Below are positions 63,326 to 64,000 of a DNA stretch of 64,000 nt, one piece after another. Position numbers and translations under genes: made by a program. Position 1 is the first letter of the stretch. The number at the start of each line of letters is the position of its first letter. Below the pieces are notes generated by a model, which worked only from the letters and a program-made list of their open reading frames with translations, was not told the DNA's origin and searched no databases. Source of the DNA: Flaccisagitta enflata (Eukaryota); contig OZ231126.1 in NCBI GenBank assembly GCA_965153355.1, positions 37,076,001 to 37,140,000 of the forward strand, in the 5' to 3' direction.

Positions 63326-64000
63326 GCCCTAGGCCTCCCTTACGAATCCCATCTGGGACGCTTCGCCCCCCAACTAACGGCTGAGGCGATATTGTCGAGG
63401 GTGATAATCGAATTTGACGGGTTGCTAAACCCCGCTTGACCCGCCAAAGAAGAGCTGAGAGGGGTTCAACCGGAGGGGGCGGAGAAGGAGGAGGAAGTTG
63501 GGGGAGTGGGGGGAGTAAGAGCAAGGGTGGGGGGCATGAAAGAGGGAGAGGAAGACGAAGACGAAGAGGATGATACAAAACTTGAACGAGAGGATTAAGT
63601 GAAAAGGGAAAGAGGACTTGAAAGGTTTGACACCCCTTAAATGTCTGCGCTGGAGGAGTGTGTGGAGAATAGGCAAATAAGAAGCGCGAGGATCGAGGGG
63701 GATCGAGGGTTGGGGGAAAGGCGAGAAGATAACGGAGGTTGGAAAAGGAAAAGGGTCAGGGGCCCCTGACTCAGGGGAAGGGCAGTAAGATAACAGAGGC
63801 TTAGGATGGTGAGGGGCTGGGCAGTCCTAGAGCACAGGGGGTGAGAAGGCTGTAGAAAGGGGTTATGGAAGGAGGGGGCAAGGTCTGTGAGGTGGCGCGG
63901 GTAGAGGAGGGTTGGGGAAGACGGCGGGGGTTGGGAAAACAACAATTGAGAGAGGCCAAAGAGGCCACGAAGGGTCAAGGTGAGTAAACAATCTGTAAGA
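63325..64000 (-). mobile_element. Possible 3' end of a non-LTR retrotransposon ending in the (GAT)n tract
   Basis: Abrupt switch to C/T-rich unique sequence on - that runs into (GAT)n; frame at the window edge begins LTDCL. No RT domain visible. Confidence 0.35.

Overview
Repeat-rich eukaryotic (invertebrate, probably protostome) genomic DNA. It holds (1) the last five coding exons of the 26S proteasome ATPase Rpt4/PSMC6 on + (9270-19503), ending with an 8.6-kb GC-AG intron filled with nested DNA-transposon relics; (2) a convergent Gli/cubitus interruptus gene on - (14 phase-consistent exons, 33204-21279, about 1,860 aa, plus a candidate upstream exon at 41085-41000); (3) an unrecognised three-exon gene on - (4453-1410; signal peptide plus long coiled coil) apparently nested antisense in a PSMC6 intron and cut by a Helentron-like insertion; (4) a very young BEL/Pao LTR retrotransposon (49032-56190; 513-bp LTRs with no differences seen, 5-bp TSD) whose polyprotein is split after the integrase core by a 202-nt rod-like fold-back insert that could be removed by recoding or splicing; (5) many non-autonomous elements (Helentron/DINE-like, Tc1/mariner-like, hAT-like, Transib-like), minisatellites and microsatellites. 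Most ORF-track entries are microsatellite artefacts. All splice models were read by eye, with no expression data.
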